From the NCBI RefSeq assembly GCF_009914755.1, contig NC_060933.1: a stretch of 64,000 bases of DNA, one strand, 5' to 3'. This DNA is from the human T2T-CHM13v2.0 reference genome, Homo sapiens. The notes beneath the pieces are model-generated. The model saw only the letters and a program-made list of their open reading frames with translations. It was not told the origin of the DNA and ran no database searches. Below, one piece after another: positions 1 through 14,076 of the stretch (position 1 is the stretch's first letter; each line of letters opens with the position of its first letter). A program made the position numbers and the translations under genes.

Positions 1-12
1 AGACTCCGTCTC

Positions 13-43
<31 letters not shown>
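1..43 (+). mobile_element. Alu 3' end and A-rich tail (truncated by window edge)
   Basis: agactccgtctc followed by A/(GAAAA)n tail. Confidence 0.9.
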
Positions 44-44
<1 letters not shown>

Positions 45-52
45 CCTATTAG

Positions 53-497
<445 letters not shown>

Positions 498-815
498 TAG
501 GAGAAAAGAGGGGCCTGGGAAGGGAAGAAAACAGCAGGGAAGAGGAGGGCTGAAGACAGAGCAGGAGGAAGGCTGAGTGGCTTTAGCTCTTTGGCCTAAC
601 CCAGACCAGTCAGAGTTCACTCTGGGCACCTCCCAGTGGCAGCCACTTGATTTGCAGGCAAAGAGCTTGGAGACCGGCTCTGCAAATTCAGCCTTATCCA
701 TGTCCACATGGGTATGGCCCCGGAAAGCACTCAACAAATATGCACTAAATGGATGACTTCAGGCAGTGATCCAGATTATTCAGAGCAGAAAGCTGCTTGG
801 GCTCTGATTACAGAA

Positions 816-1149
816 AAGTACTCCCCGCTCATCCGGATGCAGGGATACCTTCCAAGACCCCCCGTGGAGGCCTGAAACTGTGGATTGTACCGAACTGTAG
901 AAATACAGTACTGTTTTTTTTTTCCTATACATACATACCTATGATAAAGCTAGGCACAGTAAGAGATTAACAGTAATTACTAATGATAAACAGAACGATT
1001 GCCACAATATACTGCTGTAATAAAGTTAGTGTGTGTGATCTCTCTTTCACAATATCCTAGTGTTCCATGCTCACCTAGTTTCCGGCCACTATTGACCGTG
1101 GGTACCTGAAATTGCAGAAAGCAGAAACTCAGATAAGCAGGGACTACTG
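816..1149 (-). mobile_element. MER44A-like TcMar-Tigger non-autonomous DNA transposon
   Basis: Terminal inverted repeats aagtactccccgctcatcc / gataagcagggactactg followed by TA; internal cctatacatacatacctatgataaag...ggcacagtaagagattaac matches the recalled MER44A consensus. Confidence 0.8.
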
Positions 1150-1154
1150 TACTC

Positions 1155-1341
<187 letters not shown>

Positions 1342-2173
1342 TAGGGAGACTGTATTTTCCAGAATGCTGATGACATTTCTGCTCCAGATCTGGGGAAGTG
1401 TTGGTGAGTCAGTACTCAGCAGGATAGAAGGCTGAGGACAGTTTGGGCCCCCACAGGTGGCCATTCTCCCTCCCCAGAAACCTGGCCATGTGGTGGGCCG
1501 AGGCTGCCCGCTCTTTCGAAACTCCAAGCTCTGGGCACCCACAAGGAAGGAAGGACGAAGCGAGGGTGGAGTGAGTGCAGTGAGAAGCGCTCCTCCCGGC
1601 CGCCAGCACCATCCTGCGGAGTTAGTGATGTGGCGGGATCAGAGTTCAGTCTTTACAGGGAATGTCTCCTGGAGACACATCTTACTGGCAGCATCTGTGG
1701 GCTGCCTGGGGTGGGGTGAGGCAGGAATGGGGTGGCCTGACCCCTGCCCTGCCCACCTCTCACGCACGCACCTCCACCCACCTGCTGGCTGGTCCCAGAG
1801 GCCTTCCTAGGTTCCCGGGAGGCTCTCCGCTGGGAGCCGGGGGAAGTGTCAGAGCCAGGGCGACATTCCCAGGAATAGCGAGAGGCCCCAAGGACTCATT
1901 CCCTTTCAGAACGGAAGGCCTCGGTGACCCAGGACCCTCCTGGGGCCGTCACAAGTCTTCGAGTAACCACTGGGGCCCAGCGGGTGAGCTTCAAGGCCAC
2001 TCCTAATGGCCACCACGCTGACCAGCAGCTTTTCGAATGGGCTGGTCCTTTGGAACTGCCCCTGGCTGGTGGGTGTCCCTGCCTGCCAGCCCCCGTCCTG
2101 CTGGCCTTGGCCTGGGTGGTGGGCTGGCCCCAGGGTGGGGTGTTCCTCCTACCCCTGCCTCCGCTTCCATCAC

Positions 2174-2465
2174 TTTTTTTTTTTTTTTGAGACAGCGTCT
2201 CTGTTGCTCAGGCTGGAGTGCAGTGGCGCCATCTCGACTGATTGCGACCTCTGCCTCCTGAGTTCAAACAATTCTCCTGCCTCAGTCTCCCGAGTAGCTG
2301 GGATTACAGGCGCCCACCACCGCTCCTGGCTACTTTTTGTATGTTAGTAGAGATAGGGTTTCACCATGTTACCCAGGGTGGTCTAGAACTCCAGACCTCA
2401 GGCAATCCATCTGCCTCAGCCTCCCAAAGTGCTGGGATTACAGGCTTGAGCCACACAGCCTGGCT
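2174..2465 (-). mobile_element. Alu (AluS-type)
   Basis: poly-T and both monomers recognisable. Confidence 0.95.
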
Positions 2466-2614
2466 GCTTTGGTCACTTTGGGAACAGTATTCCAGTGTCA
2501 GGCTGCTGGGCTCGGGAGCTTGGGTGTCTGCCCCAGTCAGTCGCCCCTCTTGGGGTGGGACACCCAACAGGCATGGAACACAGGGTACCTGTGTCTTTTA
2601 GGGTGCAGGGCTGG

Positions 2615-2644
2615 GCAGTTCCAGCAGTGTCCACCAGGGGGCGG
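2615..2644 (+). promoter_or_regulatory. CTCF site, core plus upstream (ZF9-11) motif
   Basis: GCAGTTCC-agcag-tgt-CCACCAGGGGGCGG: near-consensus core with the upstream GCAGTNCC motif at canonical spacing. Confidence 0.75.
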
Positions 2645-3121
2645 GGCCGCACCGCTCAGGGTGGAGCTGGAGCCACCAACCCGCATCCTGGCTGGGGCTC
2701 CCGGCTCTCACCACAGCCCTCTCCGCCTGGCTTCTCTGGGCTTGGGCAAGGCCCCTAACTGTTCTGTGCCTCAGTGTCTTTCCCCTTGAAGGGACTGATC
2801 TGCAGAGTGCCCGCCCTGGGGTTGAGCTTATGGTGAGGGCTCGGTGGCAGCCAGCCCTGACTGTCCTGTTTACCCCATGGAGAAACTGAGGCTGGAGTGT
2901 CCGCTGGACATCCGAGGTGACACCCTCAGGTGCAGCTGGCAGCGGGGCCCCAGGAGATGCTGGGAGATGCCTAGATTTGTGGGGTTCTTGGTATGTGCCC
3001 AGCACGCAACAGTTCCAGTTGCAGTCTGGACTCTCTCTGGCATTGTTTTTTTCAGAAGGTCATGTTTTCTGTGTGATACATAGAATACCTGCTCACTATA
3101 GAGACATTTAAAGCAACACTG

Positions 3122-3658
<537 letters not shown>

Positions 3659-5592
3659 TCAGTGATGTGCAGGGGGAGCAGGAGGGTCCAGATAAGGCCC
3701 TTTCAGTGCTGTGTATCGAAGGCCCCGAGGGTTTACAATGGGATGTTTCCCTGCATGCAGATGCCTTCCCCGTCACGTCCTGGGTTCCTGAGGACCAGGC
3801 ACTTTGCCCGAAGTACACAGTTACTGTGGTTTCTTTTTGCCGCCCCACCCCCCTGCCCCCAGCACTATTATGAAATGGATATTGGCCTTGAAGTAGATGG
3901 TGTCTTAGGAAGGAGAAAAAACATTTCCCTTCACAGTGCCTGTGGTGACCTCTGGGCAGAGTGGTAACCGCCCTGCCTGGCAGGCCCAGGACTCCCTGGA
4001 TTTCTCCGACTCTGCAGGGATGCCCCCATGGCCTCCCAGTCAAGCCTGCTCAAGGGGCTGCCGTTCCCTGCTTCCGTCTAGGGGGAGAAGACCTCTTCTC
4101 AGGGCTCAGGGGCCTCTATTAATAAAGTGACTGCTGACCCCGGACGTACGGGAGGGAGGAGGGGATGGAACGTTCCCAGGGTTGGCGTTTGGCCGGAGAC
4201 GCTTCTTGCCTGACCCAGTGCTGGCCTCCTGAGCATTCCGGTTCTGCCCTGGACCCCGAGGCTCCGATGGGCCGGAAGCCCTGCATGGACCAAGTGCTGG
4301 GGCTCCCCTTCCTCAGGGACATAAATCTCCCTGGACTGGCTCCCTGCGAGCGTCCTGAGGGCCTGAAAGAAGGAGGGACGGAGCCTCAGGCCTATGGGAC
4401 CAGGCGGGACTCAGACATAGGCCATCGACCCTCCAGGAGCTGGCTCACAGCTGTTCTGGAAACTTCTCAGGCTGCACATGATCCGGCTCTGCCTCTAGAC
4501 CCCAGAGGCAGCCCGCAAGAGGGCTCTTGCTGTAGTTCGCTCGCGTTCGGTTGTTTCCATGGGTGTTAGTGGGTGTGGGCTGGGGACAGGCAAGAGGACA
4601 AGTCCTCTCCACCATCAGAAGCCCGGCCTGTGCTGCAGAGACAGGAGGATGTGGTACAGGCCAGTGAGCCCAGCTCGTGTGTCTTAGTTTAGCCACTCAC
4701 AGACCCCCGTGCAGTTCTCTGGGGCTGAGGTCCTCGGTACCCCAGGAGGGGAGGCAGGCGATTTTAACAAGTCATTCTAAGGACAGCACGGCTGGCAAGA
4801 GGTGGCCACTGCTGTTGCCCGGACGGACAGATGAGAAACCCAGGGCACAGAGAGGCCACTTGCCGGCCCTACGCCACACAGGGAGTGCGGAATGACTTTG
4901 GGATAACTCCACACACACCGCGGCAGCCCCTACTTACGAGAACTTTGCGGCAACCTTGAGTGTGGGTTCTAAGCAGAAAGAGAGGCCAGGCTTCAGGGAC
5001 GGGTGGTGCCACCAGGAGGGGCTTTTCTGGTCTGACAGGCCGAGTGGGGCCGGGGCCTTCGGGAGGGAGGCCGGGGCCTGCGCGGTCACCGCTGTGCCAA
5101 GGAAGAAGGCACTCCAGGCAGGGATCTGGCCCAGGCAGAGGCCCCGGGAGGGCTGCTGGTGAGGCTGCGGGGTTGGGGCTGGAGTAGGAGGTAGAATCTT
5201 CTTGGGACTGGCCCAAAAGATGTCACAGCACCAAAGTGTGGGCCAGCCTCGGGGGTCCCTCCAGGTGACATTTCAGTGCCCCAGGAGAGACCACCTCGGA
5301 GACTTGGCCCCGCAAGGCCCTAGCGCACACTGGCGGGGAGAGGCTGCCTGTTCTCCCTGCGGTAAACGCCCCGGGCCGACAGACTGGGCCGAGTCCCGTG
5401 GGCCTGGGGTCGCTTTGGTGGGTGCCCTCCCCTGCCTCGGCATTTGGACCATCCCAGAGGCTGCAGGGATTTAACTCAGGGGTGGGTGCTGGTCCCTGTA
5501 GTTGGAGCCCCGAGACCCTCCGGCCAGAGGAAGAGCCCAGCATTCCCGGCACCCATGAGAGGACCCGAATAGCCCGTTTTGAATCATACCCG

Positions 5593-5669
5593 CTGCCTCC
5601 ACGCCCCTCGCCTGCCTCCTGCGCCCCTCGCCTGCCTCCTGCGCCCCTTGCCTGCCTCCCACGCCCTGC
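5593..5669. repeat. ~20-bp tandem repeat (ctgcctcctgcgcccctcgc), ~3.8 copies
   Basis: Direct reading. Confidence 0.85.
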
Positions 5670-6894
5670 ACCCCCATGTACCACGCCGTGTACTCTGGGG
5701 CTGGGGAGCCCTGGGGAGGCTGAAGCACTTACAGAAGCTTCCCTGGGGCACCAGAGCTCGGTGAGGGTGGAGATAAGTTAGTTTAAAAAATGCAGCCAGA
5801 CAGAGCACGTGGAGGCACGAGTGGTGCCAGCTTTGCCCTCTCTCGGGCCTGCCAGTCAAGACCCCTGCCCTCTGAGTGCTTGCTGCGCATGGGCTGGAAC
5901 CAGGTGCCCACGTGCATGATGTCTGGCCCCTGGGGGCTGCGCATTGCTTCCTCTTTGGGACTGCGGAGAAAGCAGAAGTTCAGAGAGGACCTCCAGCTAG
6001 TAGGGAAGAGAGAAGGAATTTGCAGGCAGCTCTGTGTAACTGCAGAGCCCAGGCTAGCCCCTGCCGTCTATCAGAGAAGCGGAGTGGTGACTGATGTCTG
6101 CTGGGAGCCACAGCTCCCTCATCCCCATTGCTGCAGATGTTTGGGAAATTCTGCTCGCAGCTCTCCCTGGGGGCCCACATGCACAGTGGCTAAAAACTCT
6201 GAGAAGTCCTGCATGGAAGAAATCTGCAGCCCCTTGCCCACCCAGTGCTTCCCAAACTTCCGCCACCACAGAGCGGCACCCATAACCCTCCACCCCTGGT
6301 CTAGGGCTCCGCAGACACACATTTTGAAAAGCGCTGCCCTTTAGAGAGCTGGGGGCAGGACGTGAGCTGATGGGAGTGGGAGGCGAACTCATGTCTCTCC
6401 TCTGCCTGCAGGGTCCATCCCAGGCAGGAGTGGATGGTCCCTGGGGGTCAGATGTGGCGCTGGGCTGCTGTGAGGGGCTGCAGTCAGGCTGTCCAGATGC
6501 CGGGGACCCCAGGGCCACCCTTTCCCTTCTCTGCCCCTGTTTTCTCCTCTGTAAATGGCAGGAGAAGCTGTGCCTGCTTGGTAGGGCTGTTGGGGGATGC
6601 CAGCACCTGGCGCAGGGAGACCCTTGACCATTGGCAGCTGTTGGGGCCCTGCAGGCGGGGGCTCAGGCTTGCTGGTCTGAGAGGTCTGAGTAGGGCGGGA
6701 TCCTTAGGGGAGGCAGGCCTTGTTGCTGCGGGGGTGTCCTGCCCTGCGCTAGGCCTGGTGAGAAGAGGTCCCCAACAGGCACGTGGCCTGGCCCTGTTGG
6801 AGCTTCGGGCTGGTTGGGTGGAAGAACCAGCTCTAAGCAGATGATTTCTGGATTTGAGCCATTCAGGTTCTGGGAGCTGGGGAAACTCATTTAG

Positions 6895-7150
6895 GGGTGG
6901 GCAGAGCTCGTTCCTGAGGAAACAGCGTGGAGGACGAGTTGGAGTTTGCCAGGGAAGAGGGGAAGGAGAGGGCTCTGGTAAGAAGAGACAGCTCTGCAAA
7001 GGCCCTGAGGCTGGGAAGAGCAGCCGCTCCCCAAGGACAGCTAGGCGGGGGCGGGGCCCGGGCGGGGGCGGGGCCCGGGCGGGGGCGGAGCCAGGGAGGA
7101 GGAAGGTGATGGGGTCAGATTCCACAGGACCCAGCTTCCTCCCTTCCCTG
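6895..7150 (-). mobile_element. L2 fragment interrupted by a GC-box array
   Basis: tgcaaaggccctgaggctgggaagag is the reverse complement of the L2 3'-region motif. Confidence 0.55.
7043..7090 (+). repeat. 17-bp GC-box tandem (gggcgggggcggggccc) ~2.6 copies; SP/KLF/EGR sites, G4-prone
   Basis: 5 GGGCGG motifs and 8 CpGs in 48 bp. Confidence 0.85.
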
Positions 7151-8230
7151 AGAGGTGGTTTGGGCAGAGGTGGGCAGCATGGAGGCGGTGGCCCAGGGAG
7201 TCCCTGTGGTTGCCCGGGTGGAGTGCGGGGCTGGCCTGCCCCGGTGGGGACATACGCGCTCCAGGCACCCAGCAGCCCTCACCCAGCCCATCCGTCTTGC
7301 CCCGGGCCCCCGGGTGCTGCCGTCTGGAGGGTGCTCTGTCTGGGCCTTGCCCTGGGGAGGTGGCCAGCCCAGATCCTCTACAAACAGCTCGCCCCTCCCA
7401 GCTGCCCCCATCCCCTGATGGCCCCCACTGTGGGAGATGCTGCTTTGGAGAGGGGCAGGAAGTGTCGCTGTGTTGGAAATCTGGGGGCGTGGGTCTGGAG
7501 GTGCACGCTCGATGCCCCTGCCCACACGGGGTCTGTCACGGTGCCGGGTTCTGAGGGGCTGGGGGGGCCCAGGGTGGGCTGAAGGACCCAGCGCAGTGGG
7601 TGACAGAGCAGGAGGTGCTCCCAGAGCTGTCCTTGGTGAGGGAGGTGTGGCGGTCACTGGTGGGGGCTTCTGTTGGTCCCTCCTGCTGTGAGGGGCGCTG
7701 CGTCCACTTGGGGGCAGCTCTGTCCCGGCTCCCACCTGGAGGCAGGGGAAGCACTTTGCCCAAGATCATGGGAGGGTCGGGTTGGGTGTCATCTTTCAGG
7801 CCACAGGCCCTGGCCCCAACGTCCCGGGGAACAGTGAGGACACTGCCCAGAGCGCCTGGACCCTGACCCAGGGACCCTGGCCTTGCCCCGTGGCCCTGGC
7901 AGCCTCTGCTATTTCTGGTCCTGCTGAGCTGGGGCTGCTCATGGCCGCCGCTCCCTGCAGGCGCCGCACGCGGTTGCTGGCCGCAGAGGGGACCCCTGCA
8001 TATGCTCCAGAAGTGCAGGGTGACCAAGCACCTCCTGTCAGCTGGCCTCGGGCTAGACGCTGGGGGTGCAGTGCGAACCCTAAATAAAGTCAGGAAGGGC
8101 CCTGGCGCTGCCCCATGGAGCTCTGAATCCAGTGTGGTCGGCACACAGCGGTGTCGGGGACACAGACACGGAGGTCCCGCTAACTAAGGCTGGGTCCCGC
8201 TTGGTCCCTGGGAAGCAAGGACAGCTCTCT

Positions 8231-9355
8231 CTGTGGGTGTCCAGCGGCTGCTGTGACGAATGAGCACATGCTGGGAGGCTTCCGACAACAGAGAATGATT
8301 CTCTCCTAGTGCTGGGGGCTGAAGAATCGGGGTGTCTCAGGGCTTGGCCCCCTCAGAGGCTCCAGGGGAGGGTTCTGCCTGCTGCTTCCAGCTTCTAGAG
8401 GCTCCAGGGGTTCCCTAGCTTGTGGCCACATGGTTCCCATCTCTACCTCTATCTTCACACAAGCCTCCACTTCCCCCATGTCGCTCCACTACTGCCTATG
8501 TCTCTCCTCTGCCCGGTGTCTCCTCTCCCTCCTGTGTCTCTCCTCCTCCCCCCGTGTCTCTCCTCCCATGTCTCTCCTCCTCCCCCATGTCTCTCCTTCC
8601 CCTCCATGTCTCTCCTCTCCCCACCGTGTCTTTCCTCCTCCCCCATGTCTCTCCCCCCGTCTCTCCTCCTCCCCCCATGTCTCTCCTCCCCCATGTCTCT
8701 CCCCGTCTCTCCTCCTCCCCCCATGTCTCTCCTCCCCCATGTCTCTCCCCGTCTCTCCTCCTCCCCCTGTGTCTCTCCTCCCATGTCTCTCCCCCCGTGT
8801 CCCTCCCCCCATGTCCCTCCTCTCCCCCGTGTCTCTCCTCTTCCCCCCGTGTCTCTCCTCCTCCCTGTGTCCCTCCTCTCCCCCGTGTCTCTCCTTTCCC
8901 CCATCATGTCTCTCCTCCTCTCCGTGTCCCTCCTCTCCCGCTGTGTCTCTCCTCTTCCCCCCGTGTCCCTCCTCTCCCCCCATGTCTTTCCTCCTCCCCG
9001 TGTCTCTCCTCTTCCCCCCGTGTCCCTCCTCCTCCCCGTGTCTCTCCTCTTCCCCCCGTGTCCCTCCTCCTCCCCGTGTCTCTCCTCTTCCCCCCGTGTC
9101 CCTCCTCCTCCCCGTGTCTCTCCTCTTCCCCCCGTGTCCCTCCTCTCCCCCGTGTCTCTCCTCCTCCCCGTGTCTCTCCTCCTCCCCCTGTGTCTCCCTT
9201 CTGTATGTCTCCTAAGGACAGTTGTCATTGGATTAAGGGTCACCTGGACAATCCTGACAGTCTTCTCCCCAGTAACTTAGCCACATGTGGGAAGACCCCC
9301 TTTCTAAAGAAGGTTCCAGCCACAGGCTCCGGGGGCCACGGTCAGCCCACGACGC
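8231..9355 (-). mobile_element. MLT1 (ERVL-MaLR, MLT1B/C-like) solo LTR split by a minisatellite
   Basis: ggctgctgtgacgaatgagcac...acaacagagaatgattctctc...ccagcttctagaggc on the left; taaggacagttgtcattggattaagggtcacc...aagacccc on the right, collinear with the recalled MLT1 reverse complement. Confidence 0.8.
8475..9205. repeat. C/T-rich minisatellite, ~18-20 bp unit (ccccgtgtctctcctc..), 38-bp dimer in the distal part
   Basis: Direct reading; gtgtctctcctcttcccccc recurs at 9000 and 9038. Confidence 0.95.
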
Positions 9356-11269
9356 TCTCCACGCTTCAGTTTCCACATCTGTAGAATGGGGATGCAGTGA
9401 AGCCTGTCGGGCTGGGCAGTGAGGTGTAGTAATGGCACCGTGACTTTTGTCAACCCCTCTCCTGTGCCAGCCCAGACCCTCCTCCTTTGCCACCCGAGGT
9501 GAAGCCGCCCCTCCCAGGACCCAGGACCGGGGTTTTAGCCCCTGCTGGGCAGCCTGTCCCTCCCGTGTGTGGGGAATGGGGAGATTCTTGCTGGGGATGG
9601 ACAGGGGCTGGGATCTTTAGCCCCGGATGGAGGTCTGCACTGTGACATGTGGAGCACGTGATTCCAGGGCCTCGTGGACCCAAGAAACTGGGCTTTTTAG
9701 TGCTTCCAATGCACCTTCTGTCAGCCCCGATGAAACGCACAGGTGACACGGCACCTGCCATCCACGCCAACCCCAGCTGCACCCCTCGGGCCCTCACCCG
9801 TCCTTTCCACCCCTCGAGCACCCCCAGTTCTTCCTGCTTCAGGGTCTCTGCCGCTGCCCCGTCTTCTCCAGCCTGCTGGGCTGGCTGTGCTGTCCCCACC
9901 GGGTGCCTGAGCTGGATGTGGTCGCCCCACCTTTTGCAGGGCCCTGAGGCGGCACCCACTGCTGAGGCCCCACTCCTGCGCTGGCCAGGCCTACCGTGCC
10001 ATCCAGAGGGCACAAGCAGGGGGCCTCATGGCAAAGGTGGCACCAAGGGGCTTCAAATTCACAGCTGAGGGATGTCAGGGGAGAAGGAGAGGGCTCCAAG
10101 TGGGGGCGACAGGAGTGAAGGTGAGAGAGGAGGCGTGCCCGGGCATGGCATGGATGCCCACCAGGCATGGGGGTTGCCGTGTGAGTGTGCTCTGCCCACC
10201 GGTGGGTAGGGGCAAAGCACACTTCTGTGCCAGGGCATCTCCATGGGCCGGCGGTGTGCCTGGCCTCTGGGGAGGCTGAAATGGCCCAGCCAGCCACAGC
10301 CGAGGGCCCTGCCAGGTGGGGCAACTGCCTGGACACTGACCCTCCCAATGCCCCTTTCAGTTTGGTGCCACTGGCCTCATTTCAGATGAAGCAACGTCTC
10401 CTTAGAGAGGCACATGCACCCCCAGTGTCTCCCAGCCAGGCCCTCCTCTCTGCATGGGGTCCGTGGTGAAGACGGGAATGGAGGGGGCTGGCGGCCAGGT
10501 CACAGCTGTCCACACACACAGTGCCTTGGCCCGGAAGATCCTGCCGTCGGCCCTTCTCGTTAGCAAACAGGCCCGCAGCCCTCTGCCACTGCCAGTCCGT
10601 GTGGCTGCCCGGCTCCCTGCAGGGCGCCCTCGCTGGCTGACGGATACCCGCGTGCTCTCATTTCTTCCTGCCCGGGTCTCCTATTTATTTAGCCTGGAGT
10701 AACCCCTGCTGTTGCCTCTGCTCAGCTGGGAGCTAGCATCCTCTGTGCTTGGCCCTGCAACCTTGGGATTCTAGTCCCCGTGTTCCTCTGTCTTTCCAGG
10801 CTCTTGTCCAGTGTGAGCCCAAGGGACCCATCATTCAGGCTGCGGTGTGGACTGAGCACCCGGGGCCAGTGCTGCTGAGTGTTGAGCTCTCTCCCCTGCT
10901 TCCTGTTTCCTCCCCTGCAAACTCGGGTGAGCCCACCTCTCTGGAGGGGCCAGGCTAGGAGCAGACAAGGCCCTGTGTGCACAGTTTGAATGACACCAGC
11001 ACACACCGTGGGCGCTGGAGAAGACCAGATGAGGTGATCCGCGGGTGTGGGCTCCTGGAGGGACCAGGTGCGTGCCGCGGACGGTTTTGTCTGAGCTGAG
11101 AGCGCATTTCAGGTTTCTAGGGAGGCCAGGAAGCCCTCAGGAGGGGCTGTCCGGATGTCCCACACTGGGAAGAGGTGGCATGGATGGGCATGGCTTCTAG
11201 AAGGAGGAGTCTGGGGGCGAGCATGTGAACAGGTTAGGAAACTGCAGAGCTCAGGAAGCAGCCTAGCAG

Positions 11270-11440
11270 GTGTCAGCCAGGAGTTCTGGGAAGTCTTTTT
11301 CAAAGAGGTGAGGCTCAGCTTTGATCTGAAGGACAAGAAGGAGCTGGTGACACGGAGATCTGGAGAAGGGGAATTCCAGATGCTGGGGCCAGCACGTGCA
11401 AAGGCCCTGGGGTGGGAATGAACCAGTCCTTGGAGGATGA
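11270..11440 (-). mobile_element. L2 fragment
   Basis: gaggtgaggctcagctttgatctgaagga...gcacgtgcaaaggccctggggtgggaa. Confidence 0.65.
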
Positions 11441-13665
11441 GCCTAGGAACAGGACGAAGCTGGTGGAGGGGGCTCTTTGGGAGCCCAGAGACGCCTCCTT
11501 GTGCAGACAGCTCCCCATCTCAGCCTCAAGGAAGCGGCCCCGCCAAGCCTGTCTTCCTCCGTGGTACTTGCGGGTGGTCCTTCCTATGCTGGCCTTGTCC
11601 TCTCCCTCAGCCGATGGCTCCCTCGTGCACTCGATCATTGTCGCCTTTGGCCCCTCACTCCCCCCAGTACCAAGCAAGTCCCCTGACCCTCACACTCCAG
11701 GCCTCTGATGTCTGCAATCCCACCTTAACCCCACACCCATCGACACCCCAACTTCCAGCACCTCTCACACCCTCTCACCTCACAACCCAAAACCCCCAGG
11801 GCCGGATGAGCCTCACCCCCGCGGTGTCCTCTCTGTGGCTGTCCCTCTTGGGAGCTGCCTCCTTTCACTGCATCCCTGTGCGGTGAGCTCCCATTCCACC
11901 CCGCGCCCCTCTGGCCGTCCTGCCATTCCCTGGCTCATCTCACAGAGAAACCTCAGCGGGGCACGATGCCCTCGCAGCCCCCACTCCCTCCCCATTCACC
12001 CACAGATCTCCTCCACTCCAGCCCGGCTCCCCCTCCCCTGGGGATCCTGTGACCTCCGCATGAGGGTGCGTCTCCTCCTGAGCGTGGCCTCCTCCTTTTA
12101 CCTTTCCTTCCCTCTGGAGGTCTCTGGGCACCCCCCTCCACCATCCCTTCTCCGTCCCCGCTGGGCTGCCCTGTTTTTTCCACCAGGGTGTCTGCAATTC
12201 AATGTGTCCAGTGCCCAAGTCCGAGGGCCCCTTGCCCACTGCCCAGGCCAGCTCCCCTGCTCCGTCCAAGGTGCTCAGGCCCCGAATCCCGGATCCTTGC
12301 TGGCTTCCTTTCGCTCACATCTGCCCGCATCCATGAGGAATCCCTGCTGCCTCCTCCCTGCAGGCCCAGGATCCATCTTCTTCCCCAGCATGCACCCACA
12401 TGCCAGGGTCTCTTCCTGGTCTCCTATCCACCAGGCAGCCAGCCCAGGTCAGAGCCTGGAGCTCCTCTGCCCCAGCCAGCCAGGGCTCACCAAACCCCGG
12501 ATCCTGCCTGGCTTCTGAGGCCCTGTGGGGCTGCCCGCCATCCCTTGGGCCTCCACTGCCTCCTGGCTCCTCCCTGGATGGCCGAGCTGGCTCCAGTCCG
12601 TGATGGCCCCTGCCCTCTTCAGCCTGGGCCATGCTAAGGGCATCACACACCCACTCCCGCCCTCACTTCTCTCTCCACACCTGCAAGGCCTTCCCTGGCC
12701 GCCTCAGCATCCCTGTGTCCCATTGGCCCCCTGTTCTTCACAGTGGGGACGGGTTCCCATGTGCACAGCTGTCTCTCTGCCCCGGTCTCCTCCTGGCATG
12801 CAGCCTCCTCGACGGCTTGCTATTCCATGGTGGAATTGCAGGGCTGCAGCAGGGCCTGGCTCAGGGCAGCAGCCCACGGGAGCGTGGGGACTGGGATTGG
12901 GAGGACGGGAGAAGGAGAGGAACCAAGGAGAGATGGAGACAGAGTCCCCCATCAGAGAGAGCAGGGAGAGGGGGTGAGGTGGCCTCCCTCTGCCCCTGGA
13001 CCGTGTAGGAGGGCAGGTCCCCCAGAGTGGCAGGTCCCCCGGAGTGGCAGGGACTTAGCAGTGTGCACTCCCCACTGTGCCGCCTGCAGGACCCACAGAG
13101 TTTGGGGGTCACTGGGCACACACGCCCAGGCAGCGCTGAGGGTGGACATCCTGTTGCTTTCAGGGGCCTCCTGGAGGTGGCCTGTCTTCACCTGTGAGGT
13201 GGGCATGGCATACGCACCAGCTGCCACCTGCCCACGGGTCCTGCTGCAGCTGGGCCCAGCTGGAGAGGTGTGCAGGATGTGGGATCCCTGTGCCAGGACC
13301 TGAAGGTTGAATAGCAGATCATCAGGTGACACAGGGTGGCCTTGATTTCAAAGGCCACTGCCTGGAACTGAGACGGTGACAGGGCACCGGCCTGGGATGG
13401 CCCGGTCACAGCCACGCTCCAATTTTGCCCTCTGAGGCAGTGGGTGGGGTCAGGTGTCGCCACCATGGTTCTAGGTGAGAGCTGCGGCCAGGGGTGGAGT
13501 CACTCATTCAGGAAACTGCCGTGGGGTTTGCAGACAGGACTCCCAGGCACCAGACCACAGCCCCCTTCCCAGCTCTGCAAGGAGTTGTTGAAAAGCAGTA
13601 ATGTTTAGTGTTTTATTGTCATCAGGAAAGTGAAACAGATTCGTTATTCAAAGTATAGAAGAATA

Positions 13666-13985
13666 GGCCAGGCGTGGTGGCTCATGCCTGTAATCTCAGC
13701 ACTTTCGGAGGCTGGGGTGGGCAAATCCCTTGAGCCCAGGAATTTGAGACCACCCTGGGCAACAGGATGAAACCCCATCTCTACTGAGAGAGAAAAAAAA
13801 AGGAGCCGGGTGTGGTGGTGCACGCCTGTGGCCCCGGGTACTCTGGAGGCTGAGGCAGGAGGGATGACTTGAGCCTGGGAGGTCGAGGCTGCAGTGAGCT
13901 GTGATTGTGCCACTGCACTCCAGCCTGGGTGGCAGAGTGACAGTGAGACTCTGTCTTTAAAAAAAAAGAGAAAAGAAAAGACAAA
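13666..13985 (+). mobile_element. Alu (AluJ-type)
   Basis: Both monomers; ggaggtcgaggctgcagtgagctgtgatt; A tail. Confidence 0.92.
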
Positions 13986-14076
13986 GGGACTTAGAGGTAT
14001 AGAAAAGTAAAAAAAGAAAATCAATTGGACTACCCCTGTCAATATTTTGTAGTAAATTTTTGCTGCTATTTTCCCC

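Noticed and set aside
8770-9150. PRDM9 CCNCCNTNNCCNC motif in the VNTR
   Set aside because: The units I checked (cccccgtgtccct) miss the last position, and the motif is too degenerate in C-rich DNA.
8420-9384. 260-320 aa Pro/Ser/Leu-rich and Gly/Arg/Glu-rich ORFs
   Set aside because: Minisatellite translation on both strands.
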